DNA of 64,000 nucleotides from Dehalococcoidia bacterium (GTDB lineage Bacteria; Chloroflexota; Dehalococcoidia; Bin125): NCBI GenBank assembly GCA_963663235.2, contig CAXXNO010000012.1:128001-192000 (forward strand), written 5' to 3'. Position numbers and translations under genes: made by a program. Of this stretch, positions 49,510-60,282 are shown in pieces; the first letter of the stretch is position 1; every line of letters begins with the position of its first letter. The notes below the pieces were generated by a model. The model was not told the DNA's origin and did not search any database. It worked only from the letters and a program-made list of their open reading frames with translations.

Positions 49510-50547
49510 ATGCTGATCGACATCCATCATCACTACATCCCTCAGCGCTTCATCGACCTGGTGCGGCGCGAAGGCGAGCGCTATCAAGCCGTGCTCTACC
49601 GCGACGATGCGACGGGGCTCGAGGGGCTGGTCCCGGGAGCCGCGGTCCCGCCCGCAAAGGACGATCCGGCCCGGTCGATCTTCACGATGGAGCGGGGCAT
49701 CTACGACCTCTCCGTCCGGCTGGAAGAGATGGCAGAGATGGGCCTGGACATGGCCGCGCTCTCCATCTCACCGCTGCTCTACTACTACTTCGCCGAACCG
49801 GCCCTGGGGATCGAGGTATCGCGCCTGTTCAACGACGCGATCCATGAAGTGGCCACGGCCCACCCCGACCGCTTCATTCCCATGGGGACGGTGCCCATGC
49901 AGGACGTCGAGGCCGCGATCGCCGAGCTGGAGCGGACGGTGAAGGCCTACGGCTTCACCGCCGTGGAGATCGGGGGCAGCGTCAACGGCCGGCACTACGA
50001 CGAACCGGAGTTCGACGCGTTCTTCGCGCGGGCGGCGGAGCTGGACCTGCTGGTCTTCATCCACCCAGGCGTCTCACCGGCGCCAGAGCGGCTGAAGCGG
50101 TACCACACGGGGAACATCATCGGCTTTCCGGTGGAGTCGGGCATCTGCGCGGCGTCGCTGATCTTCGGCGGCACGCTAGCCCGATATCCCAACCTCAAGA
50201 TCTGCTTCGCGCACGGCGGCGGCATCGTGCCCGGCCTGATCGGCCGCTGGGATCACGGCTGGGAGGTGCGGGCGGAGGCGAAGCTCAACATCGACCGGCC
50301 GCCAAGCCGTTACCTGCGGCAGCTGTACTTCGACGACCTGGTGCACAGCGACGCCGTCTTGCGCGCGCTTCTGGATATCGCATCGGCGGAGCACGTAGTG
50401 GTCGGGACGGACTATCCCTACGACATGGGGGAGCGACAGCCCGGCGCCGTGCTGGACCGGCAGGCCCTCACCCCGGAGCAGCGCCGGGCAATTGAGAGTG
50501 AGACGGCGGCCCGGCTCCTGCGGGTGGGGGATCGGGCGCGAGGATGA
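49510..50547 (+). CDS. Amidohydrolase_2 family (ACMSD-like decarboxylase/hydratase)
   Basis: IDIHHH, FIHP, HGGG..P..IGR.D, GTDYPYDM. Confidence 0.9.
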   Translation: MLIDIHHHYIPQRFIDLVRREGERYQAVLYRDDATGLEGLVPGAAVPPAKDDPARSIFTMERGIYDLSVRLEEMAEMGLDMAALSISPLLYYYFAEPALGIEVSRLFNDAIHEVATAHPDRFIPMGTVPMQDVEAAIAELERTVKAYGFTAVEIGGSVNGRHYDEPEFDAFFARAAELDLLVFIHPGVSPAPERLKRYHTGNIIGFPVESGICAASLIFGGTLARYPNLKICFAHGGGIVPGLIGRWDHGWEVRAEAKLNIDRPPSRYLRQLYFDDLVHSDAVLRALLDIASAEHVVVGTDYPYDMGERQPGAVLDRQALTPEQRRAIESETAARLLRVGDRARG

Positions 50548-50638
50548 GGCCGCCCAGCGGCGGGGGCGCCCACGAAGCGGGGGAGTGCGCGATACTCGGC
50601 AGGGCGTGCCGTCGCGAACACAAGGAAGGACGCCGCTC

Positions 50639-51880
50639 ATGGTCAAGGTGATCCTCCAGCTCTATCCGATGATCCGCTCCGAGAGCGAAGAGGAGCGGAT
50701 CGCGCTGCGACCGATCGGGCGGAACGTCGAGCGGTATCACGAGGCGCTGCAGGGGACGTTCGAACTGGCGCGGGCGGCGGACGCGTTGGGCGTGTGGGGG
50801 ATTGCGTGCATCGAGCATCATTTCCACTCGGAAGGCTACGAGGTGGGGCCGAGTCCCGGCGTACTCAACGCCTATTGGCTCGCGATCACCAAGAACATCC
50901 GCGTGGGGCAGCTGGGCTACGTGATGAGCACGCAGGACCCGATCCGAATCGCCGAGGAGACGGCGATCCTGGACCACATGGCCAAAGGGCGGTTCTTCGT
51001 GGGGTTCGCGCGGGGCTATCAAGACCGCTGGACGAACGTGATCGGCCAGCACCTGGGCGCGCGCGCGACGCACTCGGACGGAAGCGCCGACGACCAAGTC
51101 AACCGCGACATCTACCAGGAGCAGATCGAGATGGTGCTGGATGCCTGGACCAAGGAGAGCATCGAGCACAACACGCCGCTCTGGCAGATCCCCTACCCCT
51201 ACGAGGCAGGGATCGACTGGTGGATGGCGCCGAGCACGCAACGGCTCGGGGCCCCGGGGGAGATCGGCCCGGACGGGCGGGTGCACCGAGTCTCCGTGGT
51301 GCCCGCGCCCTACACCCAGCCCCACCCGCCCGTCTTCGTGCCCAGCTCCGGGAGCCCGGCGTCCGTCGAGTACTGCGGGCGCAAGGGGTTCGTCTGCATC
51401 CACGTCGTCGCGGGCGAGCGCGCGCGGGAGCAGGCGCCCCGCTACGTCGCCGCCGCCAAGGAGGCGGGGCGGGACTACGTTCTGGGCCAGCACCAGGGGA
51501 CCCAGCGCTACTTGCAGATCGCCAAGACGCGGGAAGAGGCGCGGCGGGCCCTGGCACAGTACGACAGCGACATCTACAAGAACTTCTGGAACCTGCTGTA
51601 CGAACGGGTCGTGAACAAAGAGGTGACCCTGCCGGCCGATCCCACAGTGGAGCAGATCGTGGACGAGATCGAGCGGGCCGACGCGTTCGTCTCCGGATCG
51701 GTCGAGGAAGTGCGGGACCAACTGGTCGCGGAATGGAAAGAGGTCCCGTACGAGTACATCGTGGTGACCTGGCACTACGCCCAGCAACCGCTGGACAGCA
51801 CCATCCGCAACCTCGAGATCTTCATGAAAGAGATCAAGCCGGCGCTGGACGAGCTGACCCCCTACGAGAACGACACCTAG
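50639..51880 (+). CDS. Luciferase-like (LLM) flavin-dependent oxidoreductase
   Basis: [43 protein letters not shown]. Confidence 0.9.
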   Translation: MVKVILQLYPMIRSESEEERIALRPIGRNVERYHEALQGTFELARAADALGVWGIACIEHHFHSEGYEVGPSPGVLNAYWLAITKNIRVGQLGYVMSTQDPIRIAEETAILDHMAKGRFFVGFARGYQDRWTNVIGQHLGARATHSDGSADDQVNRDIYQEQIEMVLDAWTKESIEHNTPLWQIPYPYEAGIDWWMAPSTQRLGAPGEIGPDGRVHRVSVVPAPYTQPHPPVFVPSSGSPASVEYCGRKGFVCIHVVAGERAREQAPRYVAAAKEAGRDYVLGQHQGTQRYLQIAKTREEARRALAQYDSDIYKNFWNLLYERVVNKEVTLPADPTVEQIVDEIERADAFVSGSVEEVRDQLVAEWKEVPYEYIVVTWHYAQQPLDSTIRNLEIFMKEIKPALDELTPYENDT

Positions 51881-51953
51881 GCTTGCAGGTGGAGCGCCAC
51901 CCAGTGAGGCGGTCGCGCTTGCGGCCCCCCACTGCACCGGGCGGAGAGCAGCG

Positions 51954-52430
51954 ATGAGCGAAACCGTTCCGATCTCGATCACAGTCAACGGCACATCCCG
52001 AGAGGCGGAGGTGGACGCGCGCCTTCTGCTCGTGCACTTCTTGCGCGAGGACCTGGGGCTCACCGGGACGCACATCGGGTGCGACACCAGCCAGTGCGGC
52101 GCCTGCACCGTGCTGATCGACGGCCGAAGCGCGAAATCCTGCACCGTGTTCGCGGTGCAAGCGGAGGGCTCCGAGATCACGACGATCGAAGGCATCGGCG
52201 ACGACGAGGCGCTCCATCCCGTCCAGGAGGGCTTCTGGGCGGAGCACGGGCTGCAATGCGGCTTCTGCACGCCGGGGATGATCTTGGCCGCCGTGAACTT
52301 CCTGGAACGCAACCCCACCCCCAGCGAGGCGCAGATCCGTCGCGCGCTGGACGGGAACCTGTGCCGCTGCACGGGCTATCAGCACATCGTCAACGCCATC
52401 CAGTACGCCGCAAAGCGAATGGCCGAGTGA
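51954..52430 (+). CDS. CoxS-like 2Fe-2S subunit of a molybdenum hydroxylase
   Basis: [28 protein letters not shown]. Confidence 0.95.
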   Translation: MSETVPISITVNGTSREAEVDARLLLVHFLREDLGLTGTHIGCDTSQCGACTVLIDGRSAKSCTVFAVQAEGSEITTIEGIGDDEALHPVQEGFWAEHGLQCGFCTPGMILAAVNFLERNPTPSEAQIRRALDGNLCRCTGYQHIVNAIQYAAKRMAE

Positions 52431-54793
52431 TGACCATCGCCCCCGACCAGGAGCAGCCGCTCGTCGGCCAGCGTGTGCAGCGCCGTGAGGACGGGGCGCT
52501 GATCCACGGTCGGGGGACGTTCATCGACGACGTGAAACTGCCAGGGATGCTGCACCTGGCGTTCAAACGCAGTGACGTGGCGCACGGGCGGATCGTGCGG
52601 ATCGACAGCAGCGTGGCCGAGTCGATGCCGGGTGTGGAGCTGGTGGTCACCGGCGCCGAGTTGAAAGAGCCGCTGCCACCCGTGCCAATCCTCACTCCGT
52701 TTCCAGCGCCAGCGCACCACGCCGTGACCCCCGACAAGGCGCGGTACGTGGGAGACCCGGTGGCGGCGGTGGTGGCGACGGATCGCTACCTGGCCCGCGA
52801 CGCTCTCGCTGCGATCGTCGTGGAGATCGACGAGCTACCGGCGGTGATCGACCCAGTGGAGGCCATGACGGGCGCTCCCGCGCTGGTACACGAGGAATTC
52901 GAAAACAACGTCGCCCTGCGCATCGTCAGCGGGACCGGTGTCGACACCGAGACCGGCGTGGTGGACGACTCGGCCCTCAGAGCGGCGTTCGAGCAAGCGG
53001 AGGTGGTGATCTCCCAGCGGATGCGGAACCCGCGCCTGGCGCCCACCGCCATCGAGACGCGCGGGGTGGTGGCGCACTACGAGGCGGGCCGGGAGTACCT
53101 GACGGTCTGGGCCACGACGCAACGCCCGCACACCCACCGGCATTACATCGCGCCGGCGGTGGGCCTGGGCGAGCACCAGGTGCGGGTGATCGCGCCCGAC
53201 ATGGGAGGCGGGTTTGGGGCGAAGAAGATCTACGGCGAGGACTTTGTCGCCGCCATCCTTTCGAAGCGGCTGGGGCGGCCGATCAAGTGGATCGAGGATC
53301 GGTCCGAAGCGTTCATGGCGACGACGCACGGGCGCGACATGATCGGGGAGATCGAGATTGCGGCGAAACGGGACGGCACGGTCCTGGGCATCAAGGCCCG
53401 GCTGATCGCGGACATCGGCGCGTACGAGATGCTCCTCACGGCCTTCATTCCCACGCTGACGCACGGCTTACTCAGCGGGGCTTACGCGATCCCGATGATC
53501 CGGTCCGAGTTGATCGAGGTCTTCACCAACAAGACACCCACCGACGCGTACCGGGGCGCAGGGATGCCCGAGGCGATCTTCTTCGTGGAGCGGGCGATGG
53601 AGCTCCTGGCGCGCGAGTTGGAGATGGACTCCGCCGACGTGCGCCGCCGGAACTTCATCCCGCCGGATCAATTTCCCTACGCCACGCAAGGGGGCAGCGT
53701 CTACGACTCCGGTGAGTACGAGCGGCTGCTGGACAAGACGCTGGCCCTGGCCGGATGGGAGCGCCTCCAGGCCGAGCGTGAGGCGGCGCGGGCGCAAGGC
53801 CGGCTCGTGGGCTTGGGGCTGAGCTTCTACATCGAGTTGTGCGGGATCGGGCCGTCGACGATGTTTCCGTCGGGCGGCTGGGAGCACGCGAGCGTCACGG
53901 TTGAGCGCAGCGGCACGATCACCGCGACGACCGGCGCATCCGCCCACGGCCAGGGGCACGAGACCTCCTTCGCACAGATCCTGGCGGACCAGTTCGGCAT
54001 CCCGATGGAAGACATCAGCATCGTCCACGGCGACACGGCGAAGGTGAAACAGGGGGTCGGGACCGTGGGTAGCCGGTCGCTGGCCGTGGGCGGCACGGCG
54101 CTGCGCCTGGCCGGTGACAAGGTGAAGGCCAAGATGGCCACGTTCGCCGCCCACCTGCTGGAGGCGCGGGAGGCGGACATCACCTTCGCGAAGGGAATGA
54201 TCTCCGTCGCGGGCGTACCGGAGAGCGCGATGCCGTTCGCCGACGTGGCCGCCTACGCCTACGTTCCCACCACGCTACCGCGTGACACCGAACCGGGGTT
54301 GAGCGCGGAGGCCTTCTGGGAGCCCGAGGGGCTGACCTTCCCGTACGGCTGCTACATCGTGCAGGCAGAGGTGGACCGGGAGACGGGTGAAGTGGAGTTG
54401 CAGAAGCTGGTGGGTGTGGACGACTGCGGCACCGTGGTGAACCCGCTGATCGTCGACGGCCAAATCCACGGCGGGCTCGCGCAGGGGATCGGACCGGCCC
54501 TGAGCGAAGAGGTCATCTACGGCAGAGACGGGCAGCTGCTGACCGGCTCCCTGATGGACTACGCGATCCCGCGGGCCTCCGACTTGCCCCGCTTCGAGCT
54601 TGACTACACCGTCACGCCGACGCCGCTGAACCCACTCGGCGCCAAAGGAATCGGCGAAGCCGGCACAATCGGAGCGACGCCCGCGGTGGTGAACGCCGTC
54701 GTCGACGCGCTGGCCGAATTCGGCGTCAGACACCTCGACCCGGTGCTACGGCCGGAGAAGCTCTGGCGCATCATCCAGGGAGAGACGTCATGA
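52430..54793 (+). CDS. CoxL-like (form II) molybdopterin large subunit L1
   Basis: GGGFG, AYRGAGM, HGQGHET, GSRS, GQIHGG, GAKGIGE. Confidence 0.94.
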   Translation: MTIAPDQEQPLVGQRVQRREDGALIHGRGTFIDDVKLPGMLHLAFKRSDVAHGRIVRIDSSVAESMPGVELVVTGAELKEPLPPVPILTPFPAPAHHAVTPDKARYVGDPVAAVVATDRYLARDALAAIVVEIDELPAVIDPVEAMTGAPALVHEEFENNVALRIVSGTGVDTETGVVDDSALRAAFEQAEVVISQRMRNPRLAPTAIETRGVVAHYEAGREYLTVWATTQRPHTHRHYIAPAVGLGEHQVRVIAPDMGGGFGAKKIYGEDFVAAILSKRLGRPIKWIEDRSEAFMATTHGRDMIGEIEIAAKRDGTVLGIKARLIADIGAYEMLLTAFIPTLTHGLLSGAYAIPMIRSELIEVFTNKTPTDAYRGAGMPEAIFFVERAMELLARELEMDSADVRRRNFIPPDQFPYATQGGSVYDSGEYERLLDKTLALAGWERLQAEREAARAQGRLVGLGLSFYIELCGIGPSTMFPSGGWEHASVTVERSGTITATTGASAHGQGHETSFAQILADQFGIPMEDISIVHGDTAKVKQGVGTVGSRSLAVGGTALRLAGDKVKAKMATFAAHLLEAREADITFAKGMISVAGVPESAMPFADVAAYAYVPTTLPRDTEPGLSAEAFWEPEGLTFPYGCYIVQAEVDRETGEVELQKLVGVDDCGTVVNPLIVDGQIHGGLAQGIGPALSEEVIYGRDGQLLTGSLMDYAIPRASDLPRFELDYTVTPTPLNPLGAKGIGEAGTIGATPAVVNAVVDALAEFGVRHLDPVLRPEKLWRIIQGETS

Positions 54794-55644
54794 TCCCGGC
54801 TTCCTTCCGCTACCGGCGCGCGACATCGGTTGAGGAGGCGGTTGCCATGCTGCGCGAAGCGGACGGCGAGGGCCGTCTCCTGGCGGGCGGGCACAGCCTG
54901 ATCCCGCTGATGAAGCTGCGCTTTAGCGAGCCGGGGGTCCTCATCGACATCATGCGGATCCCGGGATTGACCGGAGTGCGCGAGGTGGACGGCGGAATCG
55001 AGATCGGCGCGACGACGACGCAGGTGGCCGTGGAGGAATCCGATCTGCTGCGGGAACGCGCGCCCATGCTGGCGGAGGCGGCGGAAGGGATCGGGGACCC
55101 GCAGGTCCGGAATCGCGGCACGCTGGGCGGCAGCCTGGCCCACGCCGATCCGGCCGCCGACATGCCCGCGGTCATGGTGGCCCTCGACGCGGAGTTCGCC
55201 ATCGCCGGGCCTGGCGGTCAACGCTCGGTGCGCGCCGGTGACTTCTTCCAGGACGTGTTCACCGTGGACTTGGCCGAGGACGAGATGCTCACGAGCATCC
55301 GGTTCGCGCCGCTGCGCACGGCGTCCTACGCCAAGCTGCGACAGAAAGCGTCGCACTTCGCCATCGTGGGGGTGGCCGCGGCCTTGAACCTGGAGGATGG
55401 GCTCTGCCGCTCGGCGCGGGTGGCGATCACCGGCCTCTCCACGCACGCGTTCCGCCTGCCGGTGGTCGAGGAGGGGCTTCGCGGCCGCCGGCTGGACGCC
55501 GACACGATCGCCGCCGCGGCTCGCGACGCGGCGGCTGGGGTCGAGCAGATCAACGACGACCTCTTCGCCTCGGAGACTTACCGGGCGGCCATGGCCGAGG
55601 TGTTCGTGCGTCGCGCGGTCACGGCCGCGGCCGGCCGAGTCTAG
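54790..55644 (+). CDS. CoxM-like FAD subunit
   Basis: LAGGHSLIP.MKLR, IGDPQVRNRGTLGGS.AHADP. Confidence 0.95.
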   Translation: MIPASFRYRRATSVEEAVAMLREADGEGRLLAGGHSLIPLMKLRFSEPGVLIDIMRIPGLTGVREVDGGIEIGATTTQVAVEESDLLRERAPMLAEAAEGIGDPQVRNRGTLGGSLAHADPAADMPAVMVALDAEFAIAGPGGQRSVRAGDFFQDVFTVDLAEDEMLTSIRFAPLRTASYAKLRQKASHFAIVGVAAALNLEDGLCRSARVAITGLSTHAFRLPVVEEGLRGRRLDADTIAAAARDAAAGVEQINDDLFASETYRAAMAEVFVRRAVTAAAGRV

Positions 55645-55681
55645 GGAGGCGAGGCCGATGGCACGCGAAGCAGGCGAATCC

Positions 55682-58048
55682 ATGACCAGCGCGAAGACAC
55701 CGGGACAGCTTGCCGGACAACGCATCAGGCGTCGCGAGGATCCCCGCTTGATCCAGGGTCTGGGTACGTATGTCGATGACGTCAAGCTTCCGGGCATGTT
55801 GTATCTGGCGTTCAAGCGCAGCGACATGGCTCACGGCACGATCACACGCATCGACGCGAGCGCGGCGGAAGCGATGCCCGGCGTTGAGCTGGTCCTCACC
55901 GGCGCCGACCTCAAATCGATGCTCCCACCGATGACCGTCTACGCTTCCGTCCCGACCCCCGAGCGATACTCGGTGGCGGTGGACAGGGTGCGGCACGTTG
56001 GGGAGGCCGTGGCGGTGGTGGTGGCCCAGAGCCGGTACCAGGCGCGGGACGCGGCCAACGCCATCCTGGTGGAGATAGCCGAGTTGCCGGCCGTCGTCGA
56101 CCCCGAAGAGGCGACGAAGGATCGCCAGGCGCTGATCCACGAAGGGTTCGAGAACAACGTGGCCCTGTCGACGGGCCCGAGCGGGACCGGGGTGGACCCC
56201 GAGGCGCCCCCGGCGGACGACGCCGCAATCGATGAGGCGTTCGCCCGGGCGGAGGTGACCATCTCGCAGCGGATGGTGAATCAGCGCCTGGCGCCGACGC
56301 CGCTGGAAGCGCGCGGCGTGCTTGCCCACTACGAGCCGGGGAAACAGAGCTTGACCGTCTGGGTGACGACGCAGAGCGCGCATATCGTGCGGAGCCTGGT
56401 GGCGCCTGCGCTGGGAATGGGTGAGCACCAGGTTCGCGTCATCGCCCCGGACGTGGGCGGAGGGTTCGGCTGCAAGACGGACATCTACGCTGAGGGCTAC
56501 GTGACCGCCGCCGTGTCCAAGCGGCTGGGCAAGCCGGTCAAGTGGATCGAGGACCGCTCGGAAGCGTTCCTGGCGACGACGCATGGTCGCGACGTGATCG
56601 GCTACATCGACCTCGCGGCCAAGCGCGACGGCACGATCCTGGGGCTGAAGGCGCGGCTCATCGCGGACATCGGCGCCTATCAAGCGCTGTGGACCGCAGA
56701 AATCCCCACGGGCGCCCAAGCAATGCTCAGCAACGTGTACGACATCCCGGCGGTGCGTTCCGAGCTCGTGGAGGTGTTCACCAACAAGACACCGACGGAC
56801 GCCTATCGCGGCGCCGGGCGACCGGAAGGGATCTACTTCGTCGAGCGGGCTATCGACATGCTCGCGCGCGAACTGAACATGGACCCGGCCGCGGTGCGGC
56901 GCAAGAATTTCATCCGGCCGGAGCAGTTCCCCTTCACCACCCAGACGGGCCTCGTGTACGACACCGGCGAGTACGCGCGACTACTGGACAAAGTCTTGGA
57001 GTCCGCCGAGTGGGAGCGGTGCAAGGCGGAACGGGATGCCGCGCAGGCCGAGGGTCGGTTGGTGGGCCTGGGTCTGGCGTATTACGTGGAGATCTGCGGG
57101 CTGGGGCCCTCATCCAGCATGCCGGTCGGCGGTTGGGAGCACGGCGCCGTCACCGTGGAACGGAGCGGCACGATCACCGCCACCACGGGCTCGTCGTCGC
57201 ACGGCCAGGGGCACGAGACCACCTTCTCGCAGCTGATCGCCGACGAATTCGGCGTGCCGATGGAGGGCATCACCATCCTGCACGGCGATACCGCGATCGT
57301 GAAGCAGGGCGTGGGGACGTTCGGCAGCCGCTCCCTGGTAGTGGGCGGGACGGCGCTGAAGCTCGCCGCCGGCAAGGTCAAGGCGAAGATGGCGACGTTC
57401 GCCGCGCAGATGCTGGAGGCGCAACCGCAAGACATGGTCTTCCGCGACGGGATGGTCTCGGTCGCCGGGGTGCCGGAGAGCGGCATCCCCTTCGCCGACG
57501 TCTCCGCCTACGCGTACGTTCCCGTCCCCCTGCCGGCGGGCACCGAGCCGGGTCTGAGCGAGGAAGCCTTCTGGGAGCCGGAGGGGATGACGTATCCCTA
57601 CGGCTGCTACATCGCGCAGGTCGAAGTCGATCGGGAGACGGGCGAGATTACGTTGCAGAATTTCGTGGGCGTCGACGACTGCGGCACGGTCATCAACCCC
57701 CTGATCGTCGATGGTCAGATCCACGGGGGTCTGGCGCAGGGCATCGGGCAAGCGATGCTGGAAGAGGTGGTCTACGACGGAAGCGGTCAGCTGTTGACGG
57801 GGTCGCTGATGGATTATGCGATCCCGCGGGCCACCGACCTCCCGCCGTTCCAGCTGGACCGGACCGTCACGCCCTCGCCGCTCAACCCCTTGGGCGCCAA
57901 AGGGATCGGCGAAGCGGGCACCATCGGATCCGCTCCGGCGATCGTGAACGCGGTCGTCGATGCGCTGAGCCCGTTCGGGGTGTCGCACATCGACATGATG
58001 CTGCGGCCCGAGAAGCTCTGGCAGATCATGCAGGGCGAGCGATCGTAG
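55682..58048 (+). CDS. CoxL-like (form II) molybdopterin large subunit L2
   Basis: GGGFG, AYRGAGR, HGQGHET, GSRS, GAKGIGE; alternative start at 55658. Confidence 0.94.
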   Translation: MTSAKTPGQLAGQRIRRREDPRLIQGLGTYVDDVKLPGMLYLAFKRSDMAHGTITRIDASAAEAMPGVELVLTGADLKSMLPPMTVYASVPTPERYSVAVDRVRHVGEAVAVVVAQSRYQARDAANAILVEIAELPAVVDPEEATKDRQALIHEGFENNVALSTGPSGTGVDPEAPPADDAAIDEAFARAEVTISQRMVNQRLAPTPLEARGVLAHYEPGKQSLTVWVTTQSAHIVRSLVAPALGMGEHQVRVIAPDVGGGFGCKTDIYAEGYVTAAVSKRLGKPVKWIEDRSEAFLATTHGRDVIGYIDLAAKRDGTILGLKARLIADIGAYQALWTAEIPTGAQAMLSNVYDIPAVRSELVEVFTNKTPTDAYRGAGRPEGIYFVERAIDMLARELNMDPAAVRRKNFIRPEQFPFTTQTGLVYDTGEYARLLDKVLESAEWERCKAERDAAQAEGRLVGLGLAYYVEICGLGPSSSMPVGGWEHGAVTVERSGTITATTGSSSHGQGHETTFSQLIADEFGVPMEGITILHGDTAIVKQGVGTFGSRSLVVGGTALKLAAGKVKAKMATFAAQMLEAQPQDMVFRDGMVSVAGVPESGIPFADVSAYAYVPVPLPAGTEPGLSEEAFWEPEGMTYPYGCYIAQVEVDRETGEITLQNFVGVDDCGTVINPLIVDGQIHGGLAQGIGQAMLEEVVYDGSGQLLTGSLMDYAIPRATDLPPFQLDRTVTPSPLNPLGAKGIGEAGTIGSAPAIVNAVVDALSPFGVSHIDMMLRPEKLWQIMQGERS

Positions 58049-58077
58049 AGCCTAGGGCGCGTCCTCCGCCCCGCCGA

Positions 58078-59076
58078 CTATTGGGTAGGGAGGCGCGCGC
58101 CGAGCATGCGCGCCAGTGTCGCGCCTAGGATTCGCTCTCGAACGGCGGCAGGCAGTGAGTGGATGACCGGCATCGCTACCGCGCCGCCGGGATCGCCGAT
58201 CTCAAACGGATCGTCGGAGCCGAACACCACATTCTCCGGGCCGGCGGCCTGAATCAGGAATCGTAGGCTTTCCGGCGCCGCCACGACGGTGTCGAAGAGC
58301 AGTTGGTCGTAGTACTCACTTGGCGCCCTGGTGATATGAGCGTGACAGTCCGGGTTGTACTCGTGCTCGGACGCGGCGTACGCGAGGTCCAGACGGCCCT
58401 TGAGGAAGACAAGGCTCCCACCGCCGTGCGCCACTACCAGACGTAGGTTCGGATGCCGCTCCAGCGTCCCCCCGAAGATCAGCCGGCTCACAGCGAGTGT
58501 CGTCTCGTTCGGCCAGGCGAGAATCGTGGTGAGGGTGTAGTCGCGGAAGCGGGGCAGATCCTCGGCGCTGTTGGGATGCATGAAGAGCACCAGCCCCATT
58601 CGTTCGATGGCCGCGAAGACGGGATCGAGCGAGGGGTGATCGAGCGGGCGGTCGCCGGCATACGTCCCGATGGCAACCCCGACCAAACCGTACTCGTCGA
58701 TGGCGCGTTCGAGCTCGGAAGCCGCGCGTTCCGGCTCGCCGAGGCCGAGCGCCGCCAACCCGGCGAAGCGGCCGCCCGAACCGGCGACGCAGTCCGCCGT
58801 GCTCCGGTTGATGTGCCGGGCGAGCTCCGCATCAGCCGCGCCGCCGGGCCAGGAGAGGAAGTTCGCGATCGGGCTCACGAGTTCCAGATCGACGCCGCGG
58901 CCGGCCATGCGCGCCAGCCGCTCATCGTGCGCGTAGACGCCGGGATCGAGTGAGGCGCCAAAGCCGCCGACGACGAAGCCGCCACCGGCGCGCGCTTCCA
59001 AGCTGAAGCGATCGTCCTGGGCAAGCCGAGCCAGGAGCCGCTCGCTGGTGACGTGTCCGTGGACATCGATGATCAT
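58078..59076 (-). CDS. Amidohydrolase_2 family protein
   Basis: IIDVHGH, FMHP, HGGG.L.FL.GRLD, GSDDPF. Confidence 0.9.
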   Translation of the reverse strand: MIIDVHGHVTSERLLARLAQDDRFSLEARAGGGFVVGGFGASLDPGVYAHDERLARMAGRGVDLELVSPIANFLSWPGGAADAELARHINRSTADCVAGSGGRFAGLAALGLGEPERAASELERAIDEYGLVGVAIGTYAGDRPLDHPSLDPVFAAIERMGLVLFMHPNSAEDLPRFRDYTLTTILAWPNETTLAVSRLIFGGTLERHPNLRLVVAHGGGSLVFLKGRLDLAYAASEHEYNPDCHAHITRAPSEYYDQLLFDTVVAAPESLRFLIQAAGPENVVFGSDDPFEIGDPGGAVAMPVIHSLPAAVRERILGATLARMLGARLPTQ

Positions 59077-59262
59077 CCGGCGCTCCCTCCGTGGGGCGGC
59101 ATCCGGAGCACCGCCCGGGCGACGCCGACCGCGCCCTGGATGTAAAAGAGGACCGATGTGCGGGGCACGAGCTGCCTCCTCATCTGCGCTCCATGTCGAC
59201 ATCGGAGCGAACGGTAGTCTAGCGGGGGATCACACCCCGCCAGATGAGGCCGATAGGAGGTC

Positions 59263-60114
59263 GTGCCTGTGAGAAGGGGTTACGTCGACTGGGCCGGTGG
59301 TCAGATCCACTACCGTACCAACGACGACGGCCGCTCCGGCGAAGGCGGCGCCCGCACGCCGTTGGTCTTGCTTCACCAGACCGCCAGCTCATCGGCGATG
59401 TACGAACGGCTCATGGGTGCGCTGGCGGGGCGAGTCCGCGCCTTTGCGCTGGACACGCCCGGATTCGGCCTCTCCGACCTGCCGCGAGAGTCGCCCAGCG
59501 TCAGCGACTATGCGCGCGCATTTCTGGAGGCGCTGGAACGGCTCGGGCTGCCGGAGTTTCACGCGTTCGGTCATCACACGGGAGCGTCGATCGCCTGTGA
59601 GATGGCGGCCGCCGCGCCTGAGCGCACGGAAACGATCATGCTGTGCGCGCCCCCATACGCTGAGGCGGAGGAGCGGGCCCAGTGGCGGCGGAAGGTGAGC
59701 GGCGCACCCGACGATCGCGCGCCGTTTCGACAGGTTGGGGTCCGGCCGCTCACCATCGAGCCGGACGGCAGCCACCTCCCGGCGGTCTGGCAGCGGGTTC
59801 GAGACATGGGCCCGGACGCGCCGCCGGCTCTGCTCCACCGGGAAGCGATCGACCGCCTGCGCGCGGGCGAGCGCTACCACGAAGCCGTGCTCGCAATGTT
59901 CAGCCAGGACACGCCGGCGCTCCTGGCCCAGGTGCGATGCCCCATCCTGTTGCTCTGCGGCGACCGCGACCCCTTCCTGCCCTACTTCACGCGAGCCTGC
60001 AACGCACGTCCCGACGCCCGCCAGGTGCTCTTGCAAGGCGGATCGCTACTCATGGACGAGAGTCCGGAGGCGGTCGCGGCCGAGATCCGATCGTTTCTGC
60101 AAGGGATTGCATGA
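59263..60114 (+). CDS. Alpha/beta-hydrolase-fold protein with an atypical GHHTG elbow
   Basis: LVLLHQT, DTPGFGLSD, FGHHTGA, L.CG.RDP. Confidence 0.85.
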   Translation: MPVRRGYVDWAGGQIHYRTNDDGRSGEGGARTPLVLLHQTASSSAMYERLMGALAGRVRAFALDTPGFGLSDLPRESPSVSDYARAFLEALERLGLPEFHAFGHHTGASIACEMAAAAPERTETIMLCAPPYAEAEERAQWRRKVSGAPDDRAPFRQVGVRPLTIEPDGSHLPAVWQRVRDMGPDAPPALLHREAIDRLRAGERYHEAVLAMFSQDTPALLAQVRCPILLLCGDRDPFLPYFTRACNARPDARQVLLQGGSLLMDESPEAVAAEIRSFLQGIA

Positions 60115-60282
60115 CGGGCGCTTGGAGATGCCCGAGGCCGGCTGGGACCGTGCGCTGCGGCTCTACGGAGACGTCGTCCGCCACGCGGGCGTGCGCTTGC
60201 GCTTCTGTACGTTGGAAGAGATCGCACACGACTTCTCGCGGCGGAGCCCGCGGTCGAGCCGGCCGTCACACGGCCGCCGACG

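Noticed and set aside
52430-58048. True aerobic CO dehydrogenase (form I)
   Set aside because: The AYxCSFR motif is absent, the order is S-L-M, and no coxDEFG genes are present.
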